In this document: positions 39,080 to 48,400 of the stretch, in pieces
Layout of the letters: each line of letters begins with the position of its first letter
Position numbering within the stretch: the stretch's first letter is position 1
From: an uncultured Bacilli bacterium
GTDB taxonomy: Bacteria; Bacillota_I; Bacilli_A; RF39; UBA660
Reading direction: 5' to 3'
Length of the DNA: 64,000 nucleotides
NCBI GenBank assembly: GCA_934140575.1
Contig: CAKPBJ010000005.1
Span: forward strand, 19,385-83,384
Position numbers and translations under genes: made by a program
Notes under the pieces: model-generated
Told to the model about the DNA's origin: nothing
Seen by the model: the letters and a program-made list of their open reading frames with translations, nothing else
Databases searched by the model: none

Positions 39080-39844
39080 ATGATGGGAATGATAGAAAAT
39101 TCTAGTACTAGTAAATTAAATCATAGTTATGTACCAAGAAACTATGAATATTGTTCTTTATCTGAATGGATTAGTATGCATCCAGCAGAAACAGATATGC
39201 AGATAGTTTTTCTTAATATGGATAAAGCATTAAAATATATTCATGATCATGATTATTGTGTTGGTGATTTTGCACCTTCTTCTATTATTGTATTAGAAAA
39301 CAATCCTAAGTATATTCAATTTGTTAAATTATATCAATTACCGATTGATCCTGTTGAAAGTAAAAAAATGATAAAAGAAGACATATTTACATCATCTATT
39401 TTGCAGATTTGTTTTTATATGAATATGCCTGTAAAAGATATGAATATAGATTTTTTAAAAGAAAACTTTGATTCTTTTGCACAGTTTTTACCTTCTTCTG
39501 ATGTTCCTTATTATAGAGGAGTTGTTTTAAGAGGGGCTTCTGTTTATTTATGTGAGTTTTATATTGAACGTAGGAATAGAGAATTTGAAAATCTTAATAA
39601 AGAGTTTGGTGAGACAGATAAAGAGTTTGGTGAGACAGAAGGTAATGGAAGGTCTTTAGTGAAGTCTTCTCCAAATAGAATTGATTTTGAGAATGATACT
39701 AATAATAGAATTAATGATATTATTTATAAACAAATTAATGGTTTAAGAGATGTTGCTTTTGCTAATTATATGCTTATTGTTACTATAGTTTTATTTACTT
39801 TATTTGTTTTTGGAATGATAGGGTGGATTTTAAGTTTATTTTAG
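39080..39844 (+). CDS. Hypothetical tail-anchored protein with degenerate kinase-like motif
   Basis: 254 aa with a C-terminal TM (FANYMLIVTIVLFTLFVFGMIGWILSLF). ALKYIHDHDYCVGDFAPSSIIV resembles a protein-kinase catalytic loop that lacks HRD/K. Contains an in-frame 7-aa tandem repeat, KEFGETD/KEFGETE. Confidence 0.6.
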   Translation: MMGMIENSSTSKLNHSYVPRNYEYCSLSEWISMHPAETDMQIVFLNMDKALKYIHDHDYCVGDFAPSSIIVLENNPKYIQFVKLYQLPIDPVESKKMIKEDIFTSSILQICFYMNMPVKDMNIDFLKENFDSFAQFLPSSDVPYYRGVVLRGASVYLCEFYIERRNREFENLNKEFGETDKEFGETEGNGRSLVKSSPNRIDFENDTNNRINDIIYKQINGLRDVAFANYMLIVTIVLFTLFVFGMIGWILSLF

Positions 39845-39853
39845 TTTGTTTTG

Positions 39854-39915
39854 TTGACATTTCTAGGTGTTTGTGCTATTTTATAGGTGTAAGCACTTGG
39901 AAGTGTTTTTATTTT
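39854..39915 (+). promoter_or_regulatory. Candidate promoter plus 5' hairpin upstream of secE-nusG
   Basis: TTGACA-17 nt-TATTTT, then hairpin aagcac/gtgttt followed by a T-run. Confidence 0.35.
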
Positions 39916-39941
39916 GAAAAAAATAAGGAATAGGTGAAGAT

Positions 39942-40262
39942 ATGGCTGAGGTTAGAAAAAAAGTTATCGAAGATAAGTATAATACAGCAAGTATTAAAAA
40001 GGCTGATAAAAAAGAAGAAAAAAAGAAGAAAGTAAAAAAGATTACAAATAAGAAAGAAGTTAAGAAAGAAAAGAAAAATTTATTTGAAAGATTTATGGTA
40101 TTTTGCCATGGTGTTAAGTCTGAGTTCAATAAGGTTCATTGGACTAATAAAAAAGATATGATTAAGTATTCAATATCAACAGTTATATTTATTATATTTT
40201 GTTCTCTTTTCTTTTATTTAGTTGATTTTATTTTTGCGTTAGTTCAATCTTTATTTAGTTAA
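39942..40262 (+). CDS. secE: Preprotein translocase subunit SecE with Lys-rich N-terminal extension
   Basis: C-terminal GVKSEFNKVHWTNKKDMIKYSISTVIFII matches the SecE signature plus TM. Immediately precedes nusG. Confidence 0.8.
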   Translation: MAEVRKKVIEDKYNTASIKKADKKEEKKKKVKKITNKKEVKKEKKNLFERFMVFCHGVKSEFNKVHWTNKKDMIKYSISTVIFIIFCSLFFYLVDFIFALVQSLFS

Positions 40263-40276
40263 AAGGAGTTAGATTT

Positions 40277-40810
40277 ATGGATAAACAGTGGTATGTAGTT
40301 AATACTTATTCTGGTCATGAGAATAAGGTAAAGGAAAAATTAGAGATGAGAGCTGAGTCTATGGATATGCAAGATTATATTTATAGAGTTGTTATCCCTG
40401 AAGAAAAAGTTACTGAGGTTAAGAATGGTGTTACTAAGGAAAGAGTAAAGAAAATGTTTCCTGGATACATTCTTGTAGAGATGGTAATGAGTGATGAAGC
40501 TTGGTATGTTGTTAGAAATACTCCAGGTGTAACTGGATTTATTGGTTCAAGTGGAAAGGGTGCTAAACCTACACCTTTACAACCATATGAAGTTGATAAT
40601 ATATTAGGAAATATGGGAATTAGTAGAATGAATGTTGAGACAGAACTTAAAGAAGGTTCTAAAGTTAAAATCGTTGATGGTCCATTTAATGGTATGTATG
40701 GTAAGATTGATTCTGTTGATTTACCAAATCAAAAAGTTATGTTATTAGTTGACTTATTTGGTCAAGAAACTTCTGTAGAAGTTGAATTAAAACAAATAGA
40801 AAATGCTTAA
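40277..40810 (+). CDS. nusG: Transcription termination/antitermination factor NusG
   Basis: WYVV.T.SGHENKV NGN domain and a KOW domain (V.I..GPF.G..G.I). Confidence 0.95.
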   Translation: MDKQWYVVNTYSGHENKVKEKLEMRAESMDMQDYIYRVVIPEEKVTEVKNGVTKERVKKMFPGYILVEMVMSDEAWYVVRNTPGVTGFIGSSGKGAKPTPLQPYEVDNILGNMGISRMNVETELKEGSKVKIVDGPFNGMYGKIDSVDLPNQKVMLLVDLFGQETSVEVELKQIENA

Positions 40811-40985
40811 TTTTTTCTAAAAATGTTTATTTTACTTGAAAAATAGAATATAGTATGTTATTATTTAGGAGCTATATTTTATTTATATATAGTTATTAGT
40901 GGGAAGCATGGTTTGCATTTATAAAAGCGGTAATCAAGCTATTTGGACCACTCGCGAAAACTAAAAATTATAGGAGGTGTTTTTC

Positions 40986-41411
40986 GTGGCAAAGGAAGTA
41001 GTAAAAAAGATTAAATTACAAATAGCTGCAGGAAAAGCTACACCAGCTCCACCAGTTGGTACTGTATTAGGTCCTGCAGGAATTAACTTACAAGATTTCT
41101 GTACTAAGTATAATGATGCAACTAGAGAAAAAATGGGAGATATTTTACCAGTTGAAATATCAATCTATGATGATAGAAGTTTTGATTTTGTAGTTAAAAC
41201 TCCACCAACAAGTTTCTTATTAAAGAAATATGCAAAAATTCAAAAGGGTTCTGTTAATGGTTCTAAACAAACTGTTGCAACTATTAGTAATGCAACACTT
41301 AAGGAAATTGCAGAAATTAAATTACCTGATTTAAATGCATATACTGTTGATGAAGCAATGAAAATTGTTGCTGGTACTGCAAAAAACATGGGTATTGAAA
41401 TACAAGATTAA
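40986..41411 (+). CDS. rplK: 50S ribosomal protein L11
   Basis: KLQIAAGKATPAPPVGTVLGP. GTG start 8 nt after AGGAGG. Confidence 0.95.
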   Translation: MAKEVVKKIKLQIAAGKATPAPPVGTVLGPAGINLQDFCTKYNDATREKMGDILPVEISIYDDRSFDFVVKTPPTSFLLKKYAKIQKGSVNGSKQTVATISNATLKEIAEIKLPDLNAYTVDEAMKIVAGTAKNMGIEIQD

Positions 41412-41495
41412 TAATAAGTAATTAACCTTCAATATATAGGAATTACCTAGTGGAAGGAATAAAAATCCGCTTTAACCACACAAGGAGGAAAGAAA

Positions 41496-42191
41496 ATGAA
41501 AAAGAGAAGTAAGAAATATACTGAAGTTTTATCTAAAATTGATAAAACTAAAGCATATGCAAAAGAAGAAGCTGTTAAATTAGTTAAAGAAACTTCTATT
41601 AGTTCTTTTGATGGTTCTATCGAAGTAGCTATGAGATTAAATCTAGATACTAAGAAAGCTGATCAACAATTAAGAGGTGCTATAGTTCTTCCAAAAGGAA
41701 CTGGTAAGACTAAAAAGGTTTTAGTTATTGCTAGAGGACCTAAAGCACAAGAAGCTAAAGATGCTGGCGCTGATTATGTAGGAGATACTGATATGTTAGA
41801 AAAAATCGAAAAAGAAAATTGGTTCGATTTTGATACAATGATAGCAACTCCTGATATGATGCCATTACTTGGTAAGTTAGGTAGAGTTTTAGGACCTAAA
41901 GGTTTAATGCCTAACCCAAAAACTGGAACAGTTACTATGGATGTAAAGAAAGCTGTAGAAGAAGTAAAAGCTGGACGTGTTGAATACAGAACTGATTCAT
42001 TCGGTAATATTCATGGTATAATTGGTAAAGCTTCATTTAGTGAAGAAGATTTACTTGCTAACTTAGATGCATTTATTGCTCAAATTATTAGAATTAAACC
42101 AGCAACTGTAAAAGGTGAATATATTAAGAATATTTCTATATCATCAACTATGGGTCCTGGTATAAAAGTTGAAAATAATTTTGACAAATAA
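41496..42191 (+). CDS. rplA: 50S ribosomal protein L1
   Basis: Has the L1 signature. [15 protein letters not shown]. Confidence 0.96.
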   Translation: MKKRSKKYTEVLSKIDKTKAYAKEEAVKLVKETSISSFDGSIEVAMRLNLDTKKADQQLRGAIVLPKGTGKTKKVLVIARGPKAQEAKDAGADYVGDTDMLEKIEKENWFDFDTMIATPDMMPLLGKLGRVLGPKGLMPNPKTGTVTMDVKKAVEEVKAGRVEYRTDSFGNIHGIIGKASFSEEDLLANLDAFIAQIIRIKPATVKGEYIKNISISSTMGPGIKVENNFDK

Positions 42192-42199
42192 GATTTAAT

Positions 42200-42340
42200 A
42201 GTTTATAATAAAGACAATTTGTAGGTGCCATAGACAGTAGGTGTAAAAATAAATCCTACCGAGGACTTTAATTAGTATATAAGGGTTCTTGGCATATGTC
42301 TTAGAATCCTTTTATTATGGCATCCCTCAAAAAATTAAGG
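42200..42340 (+). promoter_or_regulatory. L10(L12)4-responsive rplJ leader (ribosomal protein leader), tentative
   Basis: About 150 nt structured gap between rplA and rplJ. Has hairpin gtaggtg...cctaccgag and a terminator-like gggttct/agaatcc stem followed by TTTTATT. Position matches the Firmicute L10 leader. Confidence 0.55.
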
Positions 42341-42349
42341 AGGTGTATT

Positions 42350-42844
42350 ATGGCAAGTGAGAAAATATTGATGCAAAAGCAAACAGTTATTGATGAAATT
42401 AAGGATCGTGCTTCTAATGCTAAGTCTATAGTTTTATTCGATTATCGTGGTATTACTGATAGTGAAGCTAAAGAATTACGTATCAAATTAAGAGAATCAA
42501 ATTCTGATTATAAAGTATATAAAAATACTTTAATGACTAGAGCATTCAATGATTTAGGTATTGATCTTTCTGAAGGATTAAATGGTCCAAGTGCTTTTGC
42601 TTACAGTGATGATCAAATAGCACCTATTAAGGTTATATCTGAATTTGCTAAAGATCACCCAGCATTAGTTTTAAAAGTAGGGATTGTAGATGGAGAAAAG
42701 GCTGATCAAGCTAAGTTAGCAGAATATGCTACATTACCATCAAGAGACCAATTATTGACAATGCTTGCTGGTGGTATGATGGGTATCGCAAGAGACTTAT
42801 CTATTTGCTTAGACTTATATAGTCAACAAAAAGAAGAAAATTAA
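42350..42844 (+). CDS. rplJ: 50S ribosomal protein L10
   Basis: L10 family. The ATG at 42350 follows AAGGAGG. Confidence 0.95.
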   Translation: MASEKILMQKQTVIDEIKDRASNAKSIVLFDYRGITDSEAKELRIKLRESNSDYKVYKNTLMTRAFNDLGIDLSEGLNGPSAFAYSDDQIAPIKVISEFAKDHPALVLKVGIVDGEKADQAKLAEYATLPSRDQLLTMLAGGMMGIARDLSICLDLYSQQKEEN

Positions 42845-42873
42845 TAAAAATTAAATATATAGGAGGAAATAAA

Positions 42874-43242
42874 ATGGCTAAATTAACAAAAGAAGATTTT
42901 ATCAGTAGTTTAAAAGAAATGAATTTATTAGAAATTAAAGAATTAGTAGATGCAATGAAGGAAGAATTTGGTGTTGATCCATCTGCTGTTGCTGTTGCTG
43001 CACCAGTTGCTGGAGCTGATGCTGATGCTACTCCAAGTACAGTTACTGTATCAATCGCTGATGCTGGAGCTGCTAAAGTTGCAGTAATCAAAGTTGTTAA
43101 AGAAATTACTGGTTTAGGATTAAAAGAATCTAAAGATATCGTTGATAACAACGGTGCTGTTAAGGAAAACATTCCTGCAGCTGAAGCTGATGAAATCAAA
43201 GCTAAGCTTGAAGAAGCTGGAGCTACTGTAGAAGTTAAATAA
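42874..43242 (+). CDS. rplL: 50S ribosomal protein L7/L12
   Basis: Ala/Val-rich hinge and KVVKEITGLGLKESKDIV. Confidence 0.97.
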   Translation: MAKLTKEDFISSLKEMNLLEIKELVDAMKEEFGVDPSAVAVAAPVAGADADATPSTVTVSIADAGAAKVAVIKVVKEITGLGLKESKDIVDNNGAVKENIPAAEADEIKAKLEEAGATVEVK

Positions 43243-43258
43243 TTTAACTTCTTTTTTA
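43231..43258 (+). terminator. Intrinsic terminator after rplL
   Basis: 9-bp stem gaagttaaa/tttaacttc followed by T6. Confidence 0.85.
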
Positions 43259-43259
43259 T

Positions 43260-43287
43260 TTGACTTAAATAAATTTTGTGGTATACT
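43260..43287 (+). promoter_or_regulatory. Promoter (extended -10)
   Basis: TTGACT-16 nt-(TGg)TATACT. Confidence 0.6.
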
Positions 43288-43294
43288 AGTATTA

Positions 43295-43570
43295 ACTTAG
43301 GAATACTAATATTGTTGATTTAGTAGTTTGTATAAATGCTATTTAGTTTAGTATTTTACATTTTACTTGGTGATGTTATGTAGTCAAAATCATATTTATG
43401 GTATTTGACAGTGCCTAAAGAAATATTTAATGTTATTGGGCTCTAAGTTGATTGTAATTTGGGAGAGAGACAACTCTCTGTGATAAGTGACGATATAAGG
43501 TTACTGATAATAATTTTATATTGTGAGAAACTCGATTGTAATAAGTGGAAAAGCTTATTACAATTTTTTT
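43295..43570 (+). ncRNA. Candidate structured non-coding transcript / leader 1 (unclassified)
   Basis: Bounded by the promoter at 43260 (an internal TTGACA-17-TAATGT lies at 43405) and a strong terminator at 43536-43570 (ttgtaataag/cttattacaa followed by T7). Has internal hairpins (agagag/ctctct at ~43463-43478). No RBS-preceded ORF. Confidence 0.45.
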
Positions 43571-43571
43571 A

Positions 43572-43600
43572 TTGACTTCTTATGATTTATGTAATAAAAT
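43572..43600 (+). promoter_or_regulatory. Promoter
   Basis: TTGACT-17 nt-TAAAAT. Confidence 0.55.
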
Positions 43601-43606
43601 AAATTT

Positions 43607-43917
43607 ATCAATAGTAGGATGCTTGGTTATCTGATATGAGAGTAGTATTTATATGAAATATGTGAGATAACGATTATATGGCAGAAATCTTATCACGGAC
43701 TATTGATAGATTACAATTTTTAAAGAAGGACACTTTAAACAATAACAGCTGCAACTGGAATGAAAACGGTTTCTATTTAGCTAATAGATGGCAGTTTCTT
43801 AAACCAAGGATATTAGTGTATTATCAGTATGCTAATTGTAAAAAAATGTTTTTGATTATGTAGTTGTAATCAATTATATATTTTTATCACAGATTTTTCA
43901 TTGTCTGTGTTTTTTTT
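43607..43917 (+). ncRNA. Candidate structured non-coding transcript / leader 2 (unclassified)
   Basis: Runs from the promoter at 43572 to the terminator at 43888-43917 (cacaga/tctgtg followed by T8). Has long-range complementarity cttggtt (43622-28) / aaccaag (43802-08). The only ORF (61 aa) lacks an RBS. Confidence 0.4.
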
Positions 43918-43930
43918 GCGTTTAAGTATC

Positions 43931-43959
43931 TTGTAAATATGATTGATTATTGTTATACT
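43931..43959 (+). promoter_or_regulatory. Promoter for small-protein pair
   Basis: TTGTAA-17 nt-TATACT. Confidence 0.55.
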
Positions 43960-43991
43960 TATATTAGTTTAAGAATAAGGAGGAGTTACTT

Positions 43992-44381
43992 GTGGGAAAG
44001 TTTAGTTTGGGAAAAGCAGATGCTATTGTTTCTAATTTGGTTGATAATAAAGAACTTGATATTAATTGTGATTATGCCAATAATTTAACTAGTGACATGG
44101 TTTATCAATTGGATAATATATCTTCTTCTTTAAATAAAATAAATAATTACTTAAATGCAGCTATTACCAATAAATATGTAAGTGGTACATATGCTGATGT
44201 TTTTAATGGTTGGAGTAACAAATGTAAAACTCAAGCTGCTAATGCTAAGAAAAGAAAAAATAGTTTAAAATTAAAGTATAATGAAGATAAGAAAGATTTA
44301 ACTATCAAAAAACTTTATGATAGATTAGAGGTTTTAGAGGAAAAAGTAAATAATATTGAAAATTTGCGAGGTGAAGAGTAA
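43992..44381 (+). CDS. Small helical protein (possible WXG100/LXG-related partner)
   Basis: 129 aa, predicted helix-turn-helix hairpin with a central FNGWS. GTG start 7 nt after AAGGAGG. Its stop overlaps the next start (TAATG). Confidence 0.6.
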   Translation: MGKFSLGKADAIVSNLVDNKELDINCDYANNLTSDMVYQLDNISSSLNKINNYLNAAITNKYVSGTYADVFNGWSNKCKTQAANAKKRKNSLKLKYNEDKKDLTIKKLYDRLEVLEEKVNNIENLRGEE

Positions 44382-44638
44382 TGATTGAAAAGAATGAAGA
44401 ACTTGTTGCTCTTTCTGAAAATTTAGATCTAGAAATATCTAAATTAAAGTTAGCAATGGATAATTTTGAAAAAGATATGATTGAATTACAAAATGGTGAT
44501 GGAAATAAATCATATTGGTCTGGCGAAAATGCTTATATGTCTATAAAATCTTGTCTTGGATATCTTGAACATAATAAATATTTATTGAATGAATTAAATA
44601 GATGTTCTGAGTATTTAAACAATTTAAGCAATCAATAA
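44381..44638 (+). CDS. WXG100-like small protein
   Basis: 85 aa. Two predicted helices flank a central YWSGENA (W-x-G) turn. Translationally coupled to the upstream ORF. Confidence 0.55.
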   Translation: MIEKNEELVALSENLDLEISKLKLAMDNFEKDMIELQNGDGNKSYWSGENAYMSIKSCLGYLEHNKYLLNELNRCSEYLNNLSNQ

Positions 44639-44682
44639 AAAGCTACAATAAATAAAAATTATTTAAATTTTTAATTTTTTTG

Positions 44683-44711
44683 TTGACTAAAAATTTAAAA
44701 TGATGTATCAT
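44683..44711 (+). promoter_or_regulatory. Promoter upstream of methyltransferase-rpoBC
   Basis: TTGACT-17 nt-TATCAT. Confidence 0.5.
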
Positions 44712-44721
44712 ATGTTTCGAA

Positions 44722-44769
44722 AGGAAGAAAAATAAGTATTTTTTGCGATGTTTTCTTCTTCTTTTTTTT
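44722..44769 (+). terminator. Terminator-like hairpin in leader (possible attenuator)
   Basis: aggaagaaaa/ttttcttctt stem (10 bp, one G-U) with a 19-nt loop, followed by a T8 run, 20 nt before the ATG at 44789. Confidence 0.45.
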
Positions 44770-44788
44770 ATTTTTATAAGGTGATGAT

Positions 44789-45373
44789 ATGGGACAATAT
44801 TTTGATAATGATCATTTACCAAGTAAGATGGTAAAAACAGAAGCTTTTGTATTAGGTAAGAAATTCATTTTTTTTACAGATAATGGTGTTTTCTCAAAGG
44901 ACGGTTTGGACTTTGGCAGTAGACTTCTTCTTGAAACAATCCCGCTTGAAGAAGTTGGAGGCAAAGTTCTTGATATGGGTTGTGGTTATGGAGTTTTTGG
45001 TATTGTTTTGAATAAAATTGTTTCATGTAGTGTTGATATGTGTGATGTTAATTTAAGGGCATTACATTTATCAGAAATTAATGCTCGTGAAAATGGTTGC
45101 TCTTCAGTTAATATATTTGAGAGTAATTGTTATTCGAATGTTAATTCAAAATATTCCTGTATTGTTACCAATCCTCCTATTAGGGCTGGTAAAAAAATAG
45201 TCTATGATATTGTGATGAATGCTCGTGATTATTTAGAAAATAATGGTAAACTTTTTTTAGTAATTCGCAAAGAGCAAGGTGCTAAGTCATTGATATCAGA
45301 TTTGGAAAAGATATATACTGTTGAAATTGTTGCGAAGAAAAAAGGTTTTTTCATTTTAAAATGTAGTTTATAA
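44789..45373 (+). CDS. Class I SAM-dependent methyltransferase, RsmC/YbxB-like
   Basis: VLDMGCGYG and TNPPIRAGK motifs. Conserved position between rplL and rpoB. Confidence 0.8.
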   Translation: MGQYFDNDHLPSKMVKTEAFVLGKKFIFFTDNGVFSKDGLDFGSRLLLETIPLEEVGGKVLDMGCGYGVFGIVLNKIVSCSVDMCDVNLRALHLSEINARENGCSSVNIFESNCYSNVNSKYSCIVTNPPIRAGKKIVYDIVMNARDYLENNGKLFLVIRKEQGAKSLISDLEKIYTVEIVAKKKGFFILKCSL

Positions 45374-45462
45374 TTGACTACAAGATGTGTTTGTGCTATT
45401 AATAATAATTGCAACTTAATTCAAAAAGTTATATAAAAAATTGTATGTGGGGTGAATAAATA

Positions 45463-48400
45463 GTGTCATATAAGATAGTTAAAAGTGGTGACTTTAGAGA
45501 AAGACGTAATTTCTCTAGGATTAGAAATTCTTATGAATTAAAAGATTTGCTTGAAATTCAAAAAAAATCATATAATTGGTTTATAACTGATGGTATTAAA
45601 GAAGTATTTGAAGATTTATTTCCAGTAGAAAATTTCTCTGGAACTTTATCGCTTGAATTTGGAAATTACCATTTTGATAAACCAAAGTACTCAATTAAAG
45701 AGAGTAAAGATCGTGAATCTACTTTTTCTGCACCTTTAAGAGTAGAAGTTAGATTATTTAATCGTGAATCAGGTGAAGTTAAAGAACAAGAAATATTTAT
45801 GGGTGATATGCCTATGATGACTGATTCAGGTACATTTGTTATTAATGGAGCTGAACGTGTTATTGTTTCACAATTAGTTCGTTCTCCTAGTGTTTATTTT
45901 AATCGTGAAATAGACAAAAATGGTAGAGAATTAATAACAAACCAAATTATTCCTAATCGTGGTACATGGTTAGAGTTTGAAGTTGATGCAAGAGATGTAT
46001 TATATGTTAGAATTGATAGAACTAGAAAAGTTCCTATAACTACACTTCTTCGTGCATTTGGTCTTTCTAGTGATGACGAAATTCTTAAAATGTTTGGAGA
46101 AGATGAATATTTAAAGAATACAATTGCTAAAGATTCTACTAAAAATACTGATGAAGCATTAATTGAAATTTATGAAAAGTTAAGACCTGGTGAGCCTGCA
46201 ACTTTAGATTCATCTAAGAACCAAATTATTACAAGATTCTTTGATGAATTCAGATATGATTTATCTAAAGTTGGACGTTATAAATTTAATAAAAAATTAA
46301 ATGTTATTGATAGACTTTTAGATCAAGTTTTAGCAGAAGATATTATAGTTGATGGTAATGTTGTATTTGAAAAAGGTACAAAAATTACTAAAGCAAATAT
46401 TAAAGATTTAAATGAAGTATTAAAAAATGGATATGGAGTATGCGACGCTATTGTTAATGAGGAGTTAGATTCATTTAACAAAGTACAAGTTGTTAAAGTT
46501 CAAGATCCAAGTGATAAGAAAAAGAAATTAATTGTAATTGGAAATGATCAATCAATTGATGTTAAAAGATTAACTATTTCTGATGTATATGCTGCTGTTT
46601 CTTATTATTTAAATTTACTACATGGTGTTGGTAATTTTGATGAGATAGATCATTTAGGAAATAGACGTGTTCGTCAAGTTGGTGAATTATTACAAAATCA
46701 ATTTAGAATTGGTGTTTCTAGAATGGAAAGAGTAATTAGAGAAAGAATGACGACTCAAGAGATGGAGGAAGTTACTCCTAAGACTCTAATTAATATTAGA
46801 CCTGTAACTGCTGCTATGAAAGAGTTCTTTGGTAGTTCTCAATTATCTCAATTTATGGATCAAACTAACCCTATAGCTGAGTTAACAAATAAGCGTAGAC
46901 TTTCTGCTTTAGGACCAGGTGGTTTATCTAGAGATAGAGCTGGAGTTGAGGTTCGTGACGTTAATGCATCACATTATGGTCGTATATGTCCAATTGAATC
47001 TCCAGAAGGTCCAAATATCGGTCTTATAACTTCTCTTGCAAGTTATGCAAAGATTGATGATTTTGGATTTATTATGACTCCATATAGAAAAGTTGTTGAT
47101 TCTCAAATTACTGATGAAGTTGAGTATTTAACAGCTGATGAAGAATTAGATTATATTATTTCACAATCTACAGTTGGTACTGATGAAGATAATAAAATAA
47201 TTGATGAACAAGTTAATGCTCGTTTTAGAGGAGAAAATATATTAGCAAAACCTGAAAATGTTGATTATATTGATGTAAGTCCACAACAAGTTGTATCTGT
47301 TACAACAAGTTGTATTCCATTCCTTGAACATGATGATGCTACTCGTGCATTGATGGGTGCTAACATGCAACGTCAAGCTATGCCTTTAATTAAGACAGAA
47401 GCACCTTTTGTAGGTACTGGTGTTGAGTTTATTGCAGCAAAAGATTCTGGTGTTGAAGTTGTAGCAAAACATGATGGTATTGTTGAATACGCAGATGCAA
47501 AGAAAATTGTTGTTAATACAAAAGAAGGAAAAGAAACTTATGAGTTATCTAATTTTGAATTAGCAAATTCTAGTATTTGTTCTCATCAAAGACCAATTGT
47601 TCATGTTGGTGATAAAGTTACTGCAGATAAAACTATATTAGCTGATGGTAATTCAACTGATAAGGGAGAATTGGCCTTAGGTAAAAACATGACAATTGCA
47701 TTCATGACATTTAATGGTTATAACTATGAAGATGCTGTTATTTTAAATGAAAACTTAGTTAAGGATGATAAGTTAACTTCATTACATCTTGAAGATTATG
47801 AGATGCAATGTCGTGAAACTAAATTAGGTCCTGAGGAAATAACAAGAGATATTCCAAATGTTAGTGAAGAAGCTAGAAAGAATCTTGATGCTAATGGAAT
47901 CGTTGCTATTGGAACTGAAGTTAAAGAAGGCGATATCTTAGTTGGTAAAGTTACTCCAAAAGGTATGGCAGAACTTTCTTCAGAAGAAAAATTATTACAT
48001 GCTATCTTTGGTGAGAAAACAAGAGAGGTTCGTGATACATCACTTCGTGTTCCACATGGTGGAGATGGTATTGTTCATGATATTAAAATATACTCTAGAA
48101 AAGAAAACGATGAGCTTCCAGCTGGTGTAAGTAAGGTTATTCGTGTTTACATAATTCAAAAACGTAAGATTCAAGTTGGAGATAAGATGTCTGGACGACA
48201 TGGTAATAAAGGTGTTATTTCACTTATTCTTCCACAAGAAGATATGCCATATTTACCAGATGGTACTCCAGTTGATATAATGTTAAATCCACAAGGTGTT
48301 CCTTCTCGTATGAACTTTGGACAAATTCTTGAATTACATATGGGTATGGCTGCTAAGAAATTAGGTGTTCATATTGCTACTCCAGTATTTGATGGTGCTA

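Noticed and set aside
39599-39640. Perfect 21-bp tandem duplication as a possible regulatory repeat.
   Set aside because: It lies in frame inside the 39080-39844 CDS and simply duplicates seven residues (KEFGETD/E), most simply explained by replication slippage. It is noted under that gene rather than as a separate element.
40811-40985. Possible L1-binding autoregulatory leader upstream of rplK (GGGAAG-containing hairpin region), plus promoter TTGAAA-17-TATTAT.
   Set aside because: The position is plausible, but I cannot match the sequence confidently to the L1 recognition motif from memory. It is left unannotated pending a covariance-model scan.
42801-43199. 132-aa minus-strand ORF opposite rplL.
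   Set aside because: It is the mirror frame of the Ala/Val-rich L7/L12 gene. Its Ala/Ser/Thr-rich translation is a complement artefact, and it has no RBS.
43678-43863. 61-aa ORF in the track within candidate RNA unit 2.
   Set aside because: There is no Shine-Dalgarno sequence upstream (gagataacgattat ATG). Its composition is unremarkable, and it is framed by a promoter and terminator that fit a non-coding transcript. Translation cannot be excluded without ribosome profiling.
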